A stretch of DNA of 63,613 nt, the filler included, from Sphacelaria rigidula (Eukaryota): NCBI GenBank assembly GCA_964200075.2. It is 8 parts of 8 records of this genome, joined end to end, with 100 filler letters (N's around TTAATTAATTAA, not from the genome) between each part and the next. Parts side by side here need not be neighbours in the genome. Positions count along the whole stretch, not along the records: positions 23,894 to 31,757 come from CAXNAA020013178.1; positions 31,858 to 39,721 come from CAXNAA020013179.1; 6 more parts are not named here. One strand, written 5' to 3'. This document shows positions 25,122 through 37,689 of the stretch, in pieces. A program made the translations under genes and the position numbers. The notes below the pieces were generated by a model. The model was not told where the DNA came from. It made no database searches and worked only from the letters and a program-made list of their open reading frames with translations. Within the stretch, counting starts at the first letter, position 1, and each line of letters opens with the position of its first letter.

Positions 25122-25283
25122 GCTGAACCCCTCTCACCATGAAAAATAAACGTGGGGTATGGAAAACAAACGAAAAAGACGAAACTCCTGTGCTGACTGA
25201 CCTTCCTCCTGTGTGACCCCGGCTAGTGCGCCCACACATCCCAAAAGGCGTAGTCCGGCGTCCAGAATAGATGAGGCGATAAT
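25122..25283 (+). mobile_element. SINE 3' fragment
   Basis: GCTGAACCCCTCTC..TGACCTTCCTCCTGTGTGACCCCGGCT..GCGCCCACA..CCAGAATA matches the reverse complement of 59578-59752. Confidence 0.75.
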
Positions 25284-25284
25284 C

Positions 25285-25776
25285 CTAAACTCAATATATC
25301 ACGAGGCACTGAATGCACCAAATAACAGCCAATATCAAGAGTGGCTTCTCGAGCATGGAGTTGAAATATATATATATATATATATATATATGAGGTCCAA
25401 CCCAAAAGCCGTGCTTTCCCTGACCTAAATTCAAGACAAATGACTTTCATACGGGCGATCTCATCCCTCCCGACCTCCCTGAAACTATGTCGGGGGATTC
25501 CTGGCCTTCTGTTCCCCCGAAGGGCATGTGCGAAAGCACACTCGTGCCTCGATATCGGGGTGAAAACAGGACGTTTATGGCCCAAACGTCGTGCTTTCAC
25601 ACATACCCTGTGGGGGAATGAAAGGTTAGAAATCTCCTGACATGGTTTCAGGGAGGTCGGGAGGGATAAGATCGTCCGTATGGAAGTAATTTGTCATGAA
25701 TTTAGGTCAAGGAAAGCACGGTTTTCGGGTTGAACCTCACCTTTTTGTTTCAACCCTCATTTTCGAGAATCCACTG
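25285..25776. repeat. Second copy of leader + hairpin module B
   Basis: Near-identical to 24167-24644 with a longer (TA)n tract. Confidence 0.92.
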
Positions 25777-26242
25777 TGAACAACGTTTCCGTGAGATTGA
25801 GGGTAGAGGATACGATTGAGAATGAAAAGCGGTCATGTTTTAGTGTTGAGTGGGATGCACCCTCTTGGTGCCGCCAATCGGGCCAGAGGTCAGATACGTC
25901 CAAGGCCAACGCTGGCAGTTCTGTCCTCACATGGGATCGGGCTACAGACGTGTCCAAATAAGCCAACACCACAATAACTTCACGCAGTAAGCTATACCCA
26001 CTTGATACAAAAGACTCTTGTTCATTCGTATTCGTTATCTCTCCTTTCAATGCTCTCTCAGCTGCTCTCTGGCTATAGCAATCGTCCAACAGTCAGCTCC
26101 ACCCAAGCGAGTACCGCAAGAGGGCTGAAGGACCCATGCCTGCACCTTTTTATCAGTCTCACATCCGGACTAGTCAAGCTCAATCAGACCCGCAACTGTA
26201 GAATCCCAGGTTTGATCATAGACGTCTCCTAGCTTCATGACA
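25775..26242 (-). mobile_element. Putative 3' LTR of the Gypsy element
   Basis: Minus-strand purine tract AGATAGGCGAG, then TGTCATG at 26242. The end is either CATGACC (25831) or TTCACA (25775, where the duplicated repeat is cut off). Confidence 0.35.
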
Positions 26243-27039
26243 CTCGCCTATCTAGAGGAACCTCTATTACAGTTGCGATGAGAAATCTCGAAAAGCAACG
26301 AAAATCGAGGTTTTTTCCCACGTCAAGTCATGAGCAACAAGGAAGGCGAGGCCAATGCTATAAAATCACTCAGCCGTATTGGCTGAGAAAAGAAGGTACA
26401 GCCCAGACGACGAGGGCAACTTCCACTCCGTTGCCCGATCCCCCCACACCTCAAACAAGGTAAGCGAAATCTGCTACCGAAAAGCGCAAGTGCGCTTGGA
26501 GACGCAGGAGCACACAATGCTGCTGCGGGCTAGCGAACAAAACAGACGAACACAAAATGCTTCGACGTGCTAGCCAAAATAAAGAGGCAAAAGGGAAAAC
26601 ACACGAGGGGCACAACGTCTACGTGTACCAAAGTCAACCGCCGAAAAGTCAAGCACATCCGGCGAGCGCATGGTAGCCGAGGAAGCAAGGGATTAAGCAA
26701 CTCAAAGACTGCAAGGGGTCCAGTGCCAGTCGTATAAAATAAAAATAAAAGCGAGAATACGAAAAGCTCCAGTAGTGGAGGATGAAGGTGCTCCAAGTAA
26801 GTTCCATTCGTTGTCCGTGTGTGCGACGAAGGAGCTCCGGTTGTAGGCTGTGGAAGAAGGCGGTGGGTGGCACTGGTGTGTCCTGGATGATAGAAGCAGG
26901 GGAAAATATCTAAAAGGGGAAGAACAAAATAAAAGAGAAAGGAAAAAATGTCAGGATCGGAAAGCAGAAGGTCTGTGGGAGGTTAAAGCGGTGCATTAAC
27001 ATCATGTGTGCGATCGATATTATGTTGGATTCCGCGGCG

Positions 27040-30000
27040 GAGGCCTTTGGACTTGTGTCGCTGAAGACATCAAGATCCTCGTGGTGCGGATGGATTGGTG
27101 GTATAGAGCTCTGGGCGGAGCTTGAGCTGCACGGGTCCGGGGTCATCGATGAAGCGCACGATATATGTGTCAGGCGCGATGGGGTCTGTCGAGTAGGTCT
27201 GGCCTAGCCACCAGAGGTTGTCGCTGCCTTTGTACCAGAGGTAGGCGCCTTTGGGGAGGATTTCCTGTTTTGCGCGGATCTTTTCTTTCCAATGCTGGGT
27301 GGCTACCAAGTCATAGCCATCGGCGACAAAGTGCAAACCTTTGTCACGGTGAAGTTCGTGTGCTGCTGTGCCGCGGCGCATGTTGCGATATTTCTTGTTG
27401 TTAGCAAGATGTTGCTGCTGAGGTTGTGTCCAGTACAGGAGAATAGCTCGGCGATGGAGCTGAAGGTCAGATTCGCGTTTCCAAGACGCTCTCCGAAGGC
27501 CTTGCCAGTGAGTATTGTACATGACAGCAATCTTACCGCCTCGACCGCGGGTGATCTGGTGACCAGAAATTCGGGACACGGCGAGACGAAGGGGTTTTTC
27601 CGTCACATCGTCGGTAGTAACGTGATAAGGCGGTGATTTGGTCGAATAGCTGTTAAGTACGTACTGCGTAAGACCGGCAGGGAGATATTTGGGCATGTCT
27701 CTGGTGTCATGCGGATTGATGCAAGGTTTACAATGGTGCACAGAGACGCGAATTTCGGCGTCATGTCCTTGAAGGTCGCGAGGAAGATCGAGATAAAGGA
27801 GTTTGTCACCAACAGGTTTGCCATCAGGTGATGATGGCGAGGGTCCTACGGTCAGAATCTTGAACGGTCCTGTCCAGTTGAGGGGTAGTTTAGTCTTCAA
27901 GACTGTCTCGTTAGCAGATCTGTCGGCGCCTTGGCGAATGGTTGACAAACTGTTGTAAACCCAGACCCAATCGCCATCTTCCAAGTAGATTATTTGTGCA
28001 TCAGGTTGTAGAGAGCATTACTAGATCTCTCACGCGCGAGGCGTTGATAGCGTGTTGTTCACGCACGAGAGTGAAAGCTTTGCGCTGGCGTGCACGCGCC
28101 AGGTCATGGTAGGATATCTGATCCTGATCCAAGCCTTGGTGGCCATCAAAGGTGTGTCTCTCAAACACTGTGATGGGCAGGCGGGGGTAGCGGCCGAGAT
28201 GTAACTCGTTCCGAGAAAGACCGGTAGCAGCGTTGACGGAGTTGTTATAAGACAGCATGACATGTGAGAGATGGAGATCCCAATCGTTTTGTCGATCGTT
28301 GACTACCATAGACAGCATCTGGGCCATGGTGTGGTTAACTCTTTCAGTACCACCGTTACCATTAGGGTGGTGAGCGCTTGTGGCTATCTTTCGAATGCCC
28401 AGGAGCGTATACAGTTCGTCCGAGAAATCGGAGCAAAATTTCATGACCATTGTCGGAGAGAAGCCGTTTCGGGCAACCATAGCCCGCTGCTGTGAAGTCT
28501 CCAGCGGTGACTGCGTACATGGCTGCGTGACGGCTGAAGCGGTCGGTAAAGAGTAAGGTGTAGGTGTTGCCACGGTCGGTGGGCGGTACAGTACCAAAAT
28601 AATCGAAAGACACGAGGTGACCAGGAGCGTTGGGAAGTGCCATCGAAATATCTGGCCAGCGTATAGTCTGTCGTGAAGTTTTGCGAGCTTGACACTTGAA
28701 GCAGCGCCGACTCCAGAAGCGGGTGGACACTTCCGTACCGATCCACCAGTAGAAACGTTCGAGTAACGCTAATGTGCGCGTGACACCAAGGTGGCACGAC
28801 AGGTCAGTGTGGAAGCCATTCATTACCCACGGTCGCATCAAAAATGGGACATATATCCGAGTGGGTTCATCGTCGAGTAGGCGTGCATGGCGTCCAGTGG
28901 GCGCGGGTGAAGTTACACCCTGCTGGGGCGTAGGACGGCGGACAAGCAATTCGATTCCGTCATCACTTGTGAAGATAGTACCTTTACGTGCGAGTTCGTA
29001 CACCTCAGCGGTGTTTGGTGGTTGCAGTGTGCCAATCGGGGCCAATACATTGGCCGGGATAGGAGCACGGCAGCCAGCACGGAGGTACCGCATGGTTGCG
29101 CGGCATAATGGTTCTGCTTGTTGTTCCCGAGCCCAATCACGATGGGAGTAAATGGCGAGGAATCCGCGCAGTTGGCCTTTCGCCGGAGAGCCGACCAGAC
29201 ATGGTGGCTCAGGAAGCGGTGGAACAGGCGACGGGGGGGAGATGTCAACGTCGATGTGAACATCGGAAGCATCAGAAGGGGTGGGCACTGACGGGACCGC
29301 GGCGGGCGGCGATGTCGCAATAGTGCACACCGGAAATTGCGGTCGGCGCTTGTTGTTAGAACTACGCGTGGCGGGGGTTGTCAAGGCTCGTGGTGCGGTG
29401 TTGCGGGGAGCCGGCGCTACGTTGCTCGCAGGAGCATTAGGTGTTGTCGGTGGCGGCGGGGCGCGGGGAGGGTTAGCGCGGGCGGCAGACCGAGAGCGCG
29501 TGTTGTCGAAAACGAGATGGACAACTGGAGGGGGCGAAACTACAATTTTGGCGCGAGGACCGATACTACGGAAATCGGCGAAATCGGCGTCGGTGGGTTG
29601 TAGCCCACTCAAGACTGCATTATACGGTAGGGGACGGGGGCCGCCCATGTGCATACCCGTCCCTGGGCAATGAAGGTCAAGGGCGTAGATGGGCGTTGAG
29701 AAACGCCGGATAGGATACACGCCGGGTTCATCGGGTTCAGTTAGTCGGCAAGCGGGGCTGAAATCCACAGCCGTTGGAGGGAGGGGCAACCGAGAGAGAA
29801 GGTCAACATTCTCGTTGGTTTTGGTTTCGTGAGAGACACAACACTTTACAAGTAAAGTACTGTAACCTTGAGGTAGCCGTACCTCTGATGCGCTCTGGCT
29901 GACCCGACTTGGGACGGATTCGATAGTAGTTTAAAAAGCTTTTCCCTCACAGTGTTACCAGGCAGCTGAAGCCTTTCTAAGCAAGTTCGTAATGGGGCGA

Positions 30001-31757
30001 ATCCGTTTGGACAGGTTAGGCAAAACAATTGCGATAGTAGGACAGTCCACCCAACAATGAGCGTAGCTGAGGATGTTCGTGGGCATCGGCAATCCAGTTA
30101 TTGCTCTGACTTTGTTGGTTTCGGGGTGTAGACCCGCCGGTGAAATTGAGTGTCCCAGAAAATCCAGCTCAGTCGCGCCAAGGCGAGCTTTGGATGGAGA
30201 CAGTTTCAAATCGTGCTTCCGCAGGCGAGAAATTAACTCTCGCAAGGTGCGCACATGCGCAAGAGGGGAGGCATCGAATGCGATAGCGTCGTCCAAGTAC
30301 ATGATGACGTGTTCGAGATTCTCTGTAACGCGTTGCATTAAGCGTTGAAAATAACCTGGTGCAGTGGCGGCACCTTGTGGCGTACGGAGCCATTCGTAGA
30401 GCCCAGAAGATGTACAGAACGCTGTCAGTGGGACTGTATCAGGGTGGATGACGTTCTGGAAAAATCCAGAAGCGAGGTCGAAGCTGCTGAATATTTTTCC
30501 TCCGCCGATAGAGTTGAAGACTTCATCTATGCGGGGAATGGGACGTTTTCCCACTACAGTAACGCGATTTAACCGTTGATAATTCACGGTGATGCGTATG
30601 TTTCCATCCTTTTTTTGGGACTACCACTAGCGGTGAAGCCCACGGAGAAGAGGAGTGTCGGATTAATCCGGCACCTAAGTACGCATCTAAAATGGCGTTA
30701 ACCAATCTGGTAAGGATGGAGTTCGTCCGATACGGTCGAGAAGAATTGGCGAAACGCCAGGTTGAAGGGTGATTTCAAAGGGCAGCGTTTTGCAATGCCC
30801 CAGATCCGTTTTGGATTAGAAAACCTGTCTTGGTACTCCAACAAAACATCGCTCACTTCTTTGATTACAGCGGGTTCCCAACCGGGTCCATATAGGTCAA
30901 AATTGATGTCACGTAAATGGGTTAGAAGTTGATCCCACATGTGCAAGGAACTTGTCCGAGATTTTGGTGATAGGCGTTGCAGCGCTTCAGCAGGAGGTAC
31001 GGACGTTGACGGTGCAGGGTCCACGGTGTGAATACGTGATGGAGACGAAGAGGTTACGTCGAAGTAAGGCTCATCGATGGAATTGACAGAGCCGTCTGTC
31101 GGCGACGCAGGGCTGGGCGTAGAGGGTTCAGTGACACATGTTTCAAGTGGAGTGTGTATGAGGGGAGCAGCAGCAATACCCAAAACATCTCCGGGTTCCA
31201 AGTTAGCGTGACCCGTGAGTGGCAAACGTTGTTTCCCCGCGGAGACGAAGCGTTCTGTGCCTGCAGGCGCACTAACCCGAGGAAGCATTTTAGCGAGGTA
31301 ATGTCTCGTAAGGGCAGGCATGCCATTTCGGCGAACTAAGGCAACTTCTAACAGTTGAGGATCATCGGAGAGGGTAACACCAGTACTACCATCGTATCGA
31401 AGGTGGTAAGTAGCTCCGGTAGCTTGTTCAATGTTTTGGTAGGCCAAGGCCCCGTGAAGAGTACCGAAATGTTCAAGGATGGGTTCTCCACGAGGCGCAG
31501 ACTGTGGCGATAATGCTGGTGGCGTGCGGTAGGTGCGTTGATCAAACCGCATGTAACTATCTCGGCCCATGAGTAAGGCGTGAGCCATGGTGCTGTCGGG
31601 GACGACATATGCCCAGACTGCAAGGCTGGCAGAACGAGTTGTGTTGTGAAAGAATTGCACACTGAGACGAACTGATATTCGTGTGGTCAAAGGTGCGGTG
31701 GAGTCACCAAAACCGCCCCATACTCGAGGTTTGGTGGTGATTTCGCAAGCTGCTGAA
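27040..31757 (-). mobile_element. Ty3/Gypsy pol pseudogene: protease C-terminus, RT, deleted RNase H, integrase, chromo-like and Tudor-like C-terminal domains
   Basis: LLMGRD; SSSPWASPLVVVPKK; NYQRLN; FDLASGFFQ; YLDD at 30299-30288; DFLGH; ENVDLLSRLP; HTDLSCH..CFKC; SFDYFG..FTDRFS..LSDNG..GTERVN; WTGPFKI. Several frameshifts and deletions. Confidence 0.95.
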
Positions 31758-31857
31758 NNNNNNNNNNNNNNNNNNNNNNNNNNNNNNNNNNNNNNNNNNN
31801 NTTAATTAATTAANNNNNNNNNNNNNNNNNNNNNNNNNNNNNNNNNNNNNNNNNNNN
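31758..31857. other. Artificial contig linker
   Basis: N44-TTAATTAATTAA-N44. Confidence 0.99.
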
Positions 31858-32530
31858 AATAGCGCCAATACTAAAATCTCTATGAAACTCCCGATCGATG
31901 CATTTAGCGGATGGCGACGAATTTTGGTGTGGAGAACCACAAAAGAGTGCCGAATAAAAAAAAATGGGCCTTCCATTTTTTTTTTCATAGAGGTTGGGGC
32001 GTTCTCGTGAAATATGGTCTTTACCATAGTAGAACGCCCTAAACCAGTGGGAAAAATTAAAAGAAATTAACCTGACCCACTTTCGTTTGTTAATTATGCC
32101 GTAGAGAGCGCCCACACAAGATTTCAAAACACAAACACCAAACGTGGGCCGGTAAATGGCCTGCAAAGTACTGTTCCGAATTTCTTCTGACCCTGTCACA
32201 AAACAGCCCATTATACGTCCAATACTTGGAGCTGGACCCTGAAATTTGGTATGGACAATGAGTAGGGCATAATAAAAAATATTACTGGCGTACACAAGGG
32301 ATTTTTTTTTCATGAGTTAAGGGCAATAATCAGTTTTCAGATATCGGTAAGATGATCCCCCTAACTCATGAAGAAACAAACATCCCTTGTGTACGCCAGT
32401 AATTTTTATTATTATGCCCTACTCATTGTCCATACCAAATTTCAGGGTCCAACTCCAAGTATTGGCCGTATAATGGGCCTGCAAACTGCAGAATCGCTTC
32501 TCGGCTGGCCAAGCTCGTAGAGGGACACGA
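31858..32530 (+). mobile_element. Family F body with internal hairpin (32206-32478, ~115-bp arms)
   Basis: Homology to 16300-16810; arms GGACCCTGAAATTTGGTATGGACAATGAGTAGGGCATAATAA / TTATTATGCCCTACTCATTGTCCATACCAAATTTCAGGGTCC. Confidence 0.8.
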
Positions 32531-34498
32531 AATGGCGAGACAACCACTACTATACGTACAGTAGTCCGCATGCAAACTGGGCGAATTTTAATTGGTTATT
32601 TCTTGGCGATTTATTGCGAGCCACCGCGCATGATAATGAACGTTTGATCTCAAAGTTTGGCGATCGGGAGATACTAGCATTCGCTTCACACTCCGAAAAA
32701 AATCATTTCTGCATTCGATACCGAAAGGCTTACCGGGTGACCGATTCTCGGGGGTCCTGCAACTACACAGCTCCAGGTTTTGACTACTCGGTATTTTTGC
32801 TCGATTGAACCAATCCCTGTCGTTCTCGTGTACGAATGAAGAGAATTTTCCGCCTGAAATTCGACCAATTCATCGCGCTAGAGCGGAAAAGCTCCGTTTT
32901 CTGGTTCAACGACGGTCAACAATACTTTTCTGATGACTGGTCTTTACTTCGTATTACCCCAACAAAACCAACTTGGGTATTGTGTCCTGAGCCGGACCTC
33001 TTCATTATCATCACTTTCGAGTGCTGAGGAAAAATAATTTTCGAGAAGACGAAAAAAACACTCACAGACAAAATTCGTCCACTTTGCATGCGAAATGCTA
33101 TATTACTGACACCCGTGACACGCGCCACATCAAGTCCATGGAAGGGGAAAATGACGAATAACATCACGTTCACTGGTTGAGTAAATAGCGGCGGACGTTG
33201 TGAGTGTGGAATTTTCTTCATCTGGGGCGGGGCTATGGCGTTAAAAGCAGGAGAAGGACATGGAACGCGAAGAGGGGCGGAACATCAATCACTTTCAACG
33301 GAAAATTGTATTTCCGCCTGCCGCGCCTTCTACTTCACTCCTGACAATAGTGCCTGGTGTCGAAGCTGCGGGAAATATCTATTATTTCGGTGGGACGGAT
33401 GATAACACGATGAACTGAGGCCGTGTTCTGATTAAAAAAAAAATCCGTTCGAAAACATGCGGTCGAATCGAATTGGTCGCTACGAGGCCGTATCGGATAC
33501 GCTCACGGCAATCATTTTCTCAAATGGATTCAAGTTTATTTTATAATTATTTGCGCACGACGAGTAGGTTCAAAAACAGAAAAGCTTAGCTTTTTCGAGC
33601 GAAACAAGCGGCGGAAATGAACGAAGGGTCACATGACTCCTAGGCAGACGACGACGCCAGATACCACCCTTTCACGGCACCGTGCAAAACCCACATGGTC
33701 CATTCGCAGTTACCAACTCAACGCTGCGGCATAGATTACGAGTTGAGCACAGGGATACATAAACTACAGTGAGAGGGAACTGACACCACAACCCTCTTGG
33801 CATTATGTGTTTTTTTTTGTTGGCGAAGACTTGGGCATCTCATTTTGTGGCAGGCTCCACTGATCGAGTTGCATGTTGAGGTGGGCGACCGAGTTGCGAA
33901 CAAGCTCATGGACAGCAGAGGGAGAGCAAAACTGCACTTGATTCAAATATTGTTCGCATCCTCCTGTATGCACAGTACAGGCAGCTCTGCTGTGTGTATT
34001 CTGTATGTCACGTTGCCCGCTTCTTTTCCACATCGCGCCTGCATGCTGTACGAAACAATATGCACAGGCAGCGTGTACCGTCTGTACTTTCTGTACTGCT
34101 GTCTGTATTGAATACAAGTAAACAAGTACCGCTTTACAAAGTTCGTTCAGCCTTTTCGATCCGAAGTATGCAAATCTGCTCTGACCCAAACACAGCAAAG
34201 CGAACTGAATCAATTCTGCCGCACGAACTCGTTCGAGTCGATTTTTTTTTCATGAGACACGGCCTGAACTGCAGTCTGATGTACAACCTGTCTGTCAAGG
34301 AATGTATTGAATACACGTCCTCGACGTGCCGCTCGAACTGTATTGAACTTCCCCCCAGCGTGAAAAACATCCCTCCACCGCCCGTGAGTAATCCAGTGGA
34401 ATTCTGTTCTTGAACCACCACTACGGTTTTTCAAAAACGATACACTCAAAGGATGGATATTGATGAAATTGCATTGCGGTGGTTTCATGCGAATATTT

Positions 34499-34671
34499 CA
34501 CACCCTGGACAATAAATGGTTAATAGTGGCAATAGACGAGAAGTTTACTGCATAAAGTATACTGTAGGCCTACTGCAACTATTGCCGGTCGACAATAGTC
34601 GCAATAGGCCTATACTTTATGCAGTACGTTTCTTGTCTATTGCATCTATTAACCATATTGTCCAAGGTGTG
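34499..34671. mobile_element. hAT MITE family D
   Basis: TIR CACACCCTGGACAATA / TATTGTCCAAGGTGTG; perfect 8-bp TSD GAATATTT (34491-34498, 34672-34679). Confidence 0.93.
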
Positions 34672-34929
34672 GAATATTTTAGTCATTTTCTGATAATTTC
34701 GCCGCGTTCCTTTTCGGTACATGGCTCACTATGACAATCGTTTAGGGGAGTCCCGATTAGTCCTGGTGGTATAAGTATACAATCCCCTGTGTAGTATTCT
34801 CAATGAGACTCGACAGTAACACAGCTTTACAACATTAACACGCGACATTTCACGAGATTCCTGGGAATCCCCGGTCTCTTTTGTACTGTACACTATCTCA
34901 TCAGCAGCACCCTCCGCACATACACGCAC

Positions 34930-35626
34930 CTTGTGAGTCTGGCTATGCCGATTTGCTCCCCTTCCGTGCCGGAGTCATACGAGCTTGACGATGAACAACG
35001 CCCATGCGCCTGGTGCCTATCCCCGACATATCTCTTTGAAGCTTGGCGAAAGTCATCACCACCATCAGGAGTAGAGTTTCTCTGACTGTCGTTTTCATCT
35101 TCCAGCCCCGCTGCCCCCGCCGCTGCCCCTCCACTTTCACGTTCGTTTGTAGCATACATTGACAAGCTGGCGTCGGTGCTGCCTTCACAGGTTAGTGCTG
35201 TCGTTGAGTCACGTGCTCTGGTGGGGGGCATGATGCTACTCCGGAACGCCATGATATCCGGGCTGCTGTCTCTGTCGGAGCATGATGATGTCGAGCCTGC
35301 CGAGGTCGGAGTTGTTGCGAACAACAAACCCGTGTTGTTGCTGTTGTCATTGTGGAGGTATTTAACCCGAGAACTCGTTCTACCTCGTTTCCTCGGGGGA
35401 GGCACTTCGGCGCTTCTTGGCATAGCGGTGATATTCAACGTATCGTCCCCAGTCTCTGTCGTCGGATTCATTGTCATTATTGGTTGACCAGTAGATGGTG
35501 TGGTCATAGTGCTAGTAGTGAGAAATGAAGTAGTATAGCATCCAGCTACTTTGATGGGTTCTTCTTCTGCTCCCGAAGAGTCACCAGGAGTGCTGCGGAG
35601 CTCCTGACGGTGTACGGTAGTCTTTA
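34930..35626 (-). CDS. Putative exon of a low-complexity S/T-rich protein with NLS-like PPPRKRGR
   Basis: Open frame within ORF 34893..35651; donor AAG|GTGCGT at 34930/34929; acceptor at 35626 (or 35603); phase-compatible with a candidate exon at 36145-36043. Confidence 0.5.
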
Positions 35627-36042
35627 CTTGTACAGGCATCAACCGCAACATTTATCGTGGGTCGTATTAGAAAATGACATTTCTTTCTAGAAACAGACAC
35701 GAATATATATGAGCCTAGGTCATTATCCATGAATTTGTTCACCTCAAGTCTACCACACCAGATACGCCAGATACACGTACACTCACAGGGTGTGTTGTTC
35801 TGCATTCAACTGTTGTAGTTTATCCTCGCTGTGTTTACTGTACGTCTACATATATGAAGGCTTCTAGGAGAAATCAAGACTATGGGGGAATAGGTGAGGT
35901 GATCATCACTGTAATTTACGATTTGTTGTCGCCATTTGATCTTACATGCTGTATTATGTCTTGCATGGTAGACACGGTACAACGTTCATCCCACGTGCTA
36001 AAATCGTCTTTTCGACAAAACAATGTAGAGCTCAGCGCTCAC

Positions 36043-36145
36043 CATAGTCCCCAACCCGATTCCCTACTGCACCGCATGTGTTTGGTGTTGCCAAAGTATT
36101 GCTTTGTTTCTTTGTGTTGTCTAAAAGCCTAACAGGTGAACCGTC
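36043..36145 (-). CDS. Candidate upstream exon of the same gene
   Basis: GTGCAG|GAC acceptor and TATG|GTGAGC donor; encodes DGSPVRLLDNTKKQSNTLATPNTCGAVGNRVGDY. Confidence 0.3.
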
Positions 36146-36262
36146 CTGCACAATGACCGAAAGATACAAGTGTCGTGACGGGACTGTCAACCGACGACAC
36201 TGACAGAAGGCCAAAAGTAAACCTTTGAAGAGCACTGGAGTCTGACGGGGATAACTTCATAG

Positions 36263-37137
36263 CAGTAACACCGTTTCTTGGACCGTCTTGGATGGCAACC
36301 AATCTATATTTGTACGAATATACGGATTTCAGCCCGTGTACATCCAATTTTCTCCCGTGGATTGATTTTTCGGACCCCCAGTCCGTTGGGCAATGTTTTT
36401 CGCCTACCTCTTAGGAAATCATATCAATTCTCCGATTCTCTGGACGCTGACTTTTGGTTCATCACCTTTCTGCTCAGATCGGGAGACTCCTGCATTTCCC
36501 CCGAATCTGGGGCCCAAATCGGGGGAGATGCGGGAGTCTCCCGATCTGAGGAGAAAGGTTATGAACCAAAAGTCAGCGTCCAGAGAATCGGAGAAATGAT
36601 CTGATTTCCTCAGAGCTAGGCGAAAAACATTGCCCAACGGACTGGTGGTCCGAAAAATCAATCCACGGGAGAAAATCGTACAAATACGGATTGGTTGCCA
36701 CAAAAAAATGGTCTTACGGTTGGTATTGTTGTGGGGCATATTTTCCGCTTCTGGTGCATTCGACACCGGTTTTGCCCCTAAAGCAAGGAATATCGTCATC
36801 AGATGTCTTTGACACTTGGCATTACCCCACCGAAAGGAGTCTAGCCCACTCGTCCGATTCGCTGGGCTCCGAGGTTTCAAAAATGGTCTCTGAACAAAAT
36901 ACGGCTGGACGAAAAAAATGCGGTGTTTTTTCAGACGCCATTCTGGAAGCCTCGGAGCCAAGTGAATCGGAAAAATGGGCTAGACTCTTCTCCGTGCGGT
37001 GATCCAACGCGTCCAGGACATGTGTTGGCGGTATTCTCTGGTTGAAGGGCAAAAGTCGTGTCGAATGTCCCAAGAGTGGAAGATACACCCCCACTAAATA
37101 CCAACCTTAAGATACGGTCGAACAGGACGGATCCCTG
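36263..37137. mobile_element. Double-hairpin element (modules 36293-36700 and 36712-37112) with degenerate CAG...CTG ends
   Basis: Hairpin 1 centred on ..CCCCCGAATCTGGGGCCCAAATCGGGGG..; hairpin 2 bounded by TCTTACGGTTGGTATT / AATACCAACCTTAAGA; outer GACCGT/ACGGTC inverted match. Confidence 0.8.
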
Positions 37138-37150
37138 TTGCGCAGTATTT

Positions 37151-37286
37151 CACACCCTGGACAATATAATGTATTGTAAAAAAATGTATTGTGTACAGTA
37201 TCGACTGTTGCGTTTATTCCAATAGACAATAGATTCCATACTGTAAGCATTGCACTTTTTGACGATGTGTTTTTCTCCAGGGTGTG
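37151..37286. mobile_element. hAT MITE family D
   Basis: CACACCCTGGA...TCCAGGGTGTG; TSD CAGTATTT/CGGTATTT (7/8). Confidence 0.9.
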
Positions 37287-37689
37287 CGGTATTTGCCACA
37301 GTGCATTCTCCATTCTCTACCCTTGCCCCCGCAGGTGGACCGAACGCGAACCACTGGGAATAATGAAGAACAAGAAACACGTAATTTCGGTGAACATCAT
37401 GACGTGAATCGAAGTTGGGTTATAGTGCCATGGAATAGAGGCGGGTGGATTATCCTGAGGGTTAGAAAATTATATTCCGTGCTATTCAGGTGTCGATTTC
37501 GACGAGTAGGAGCCATTGGGCTTTCGAGCTGGGGGTACGCCGCGTCTTATCGAGACGAAAAATTACATCCGCTGTGATTGACCGCGGCGACACAGTACCC
37601 TCCCCCATCAGTATCATTTGCGAACGTAATTTCTGGTGTCAGAAACATGATTTCTGGTGTCGGAAACGTGATCTCTGAGCGGCTGTCTC

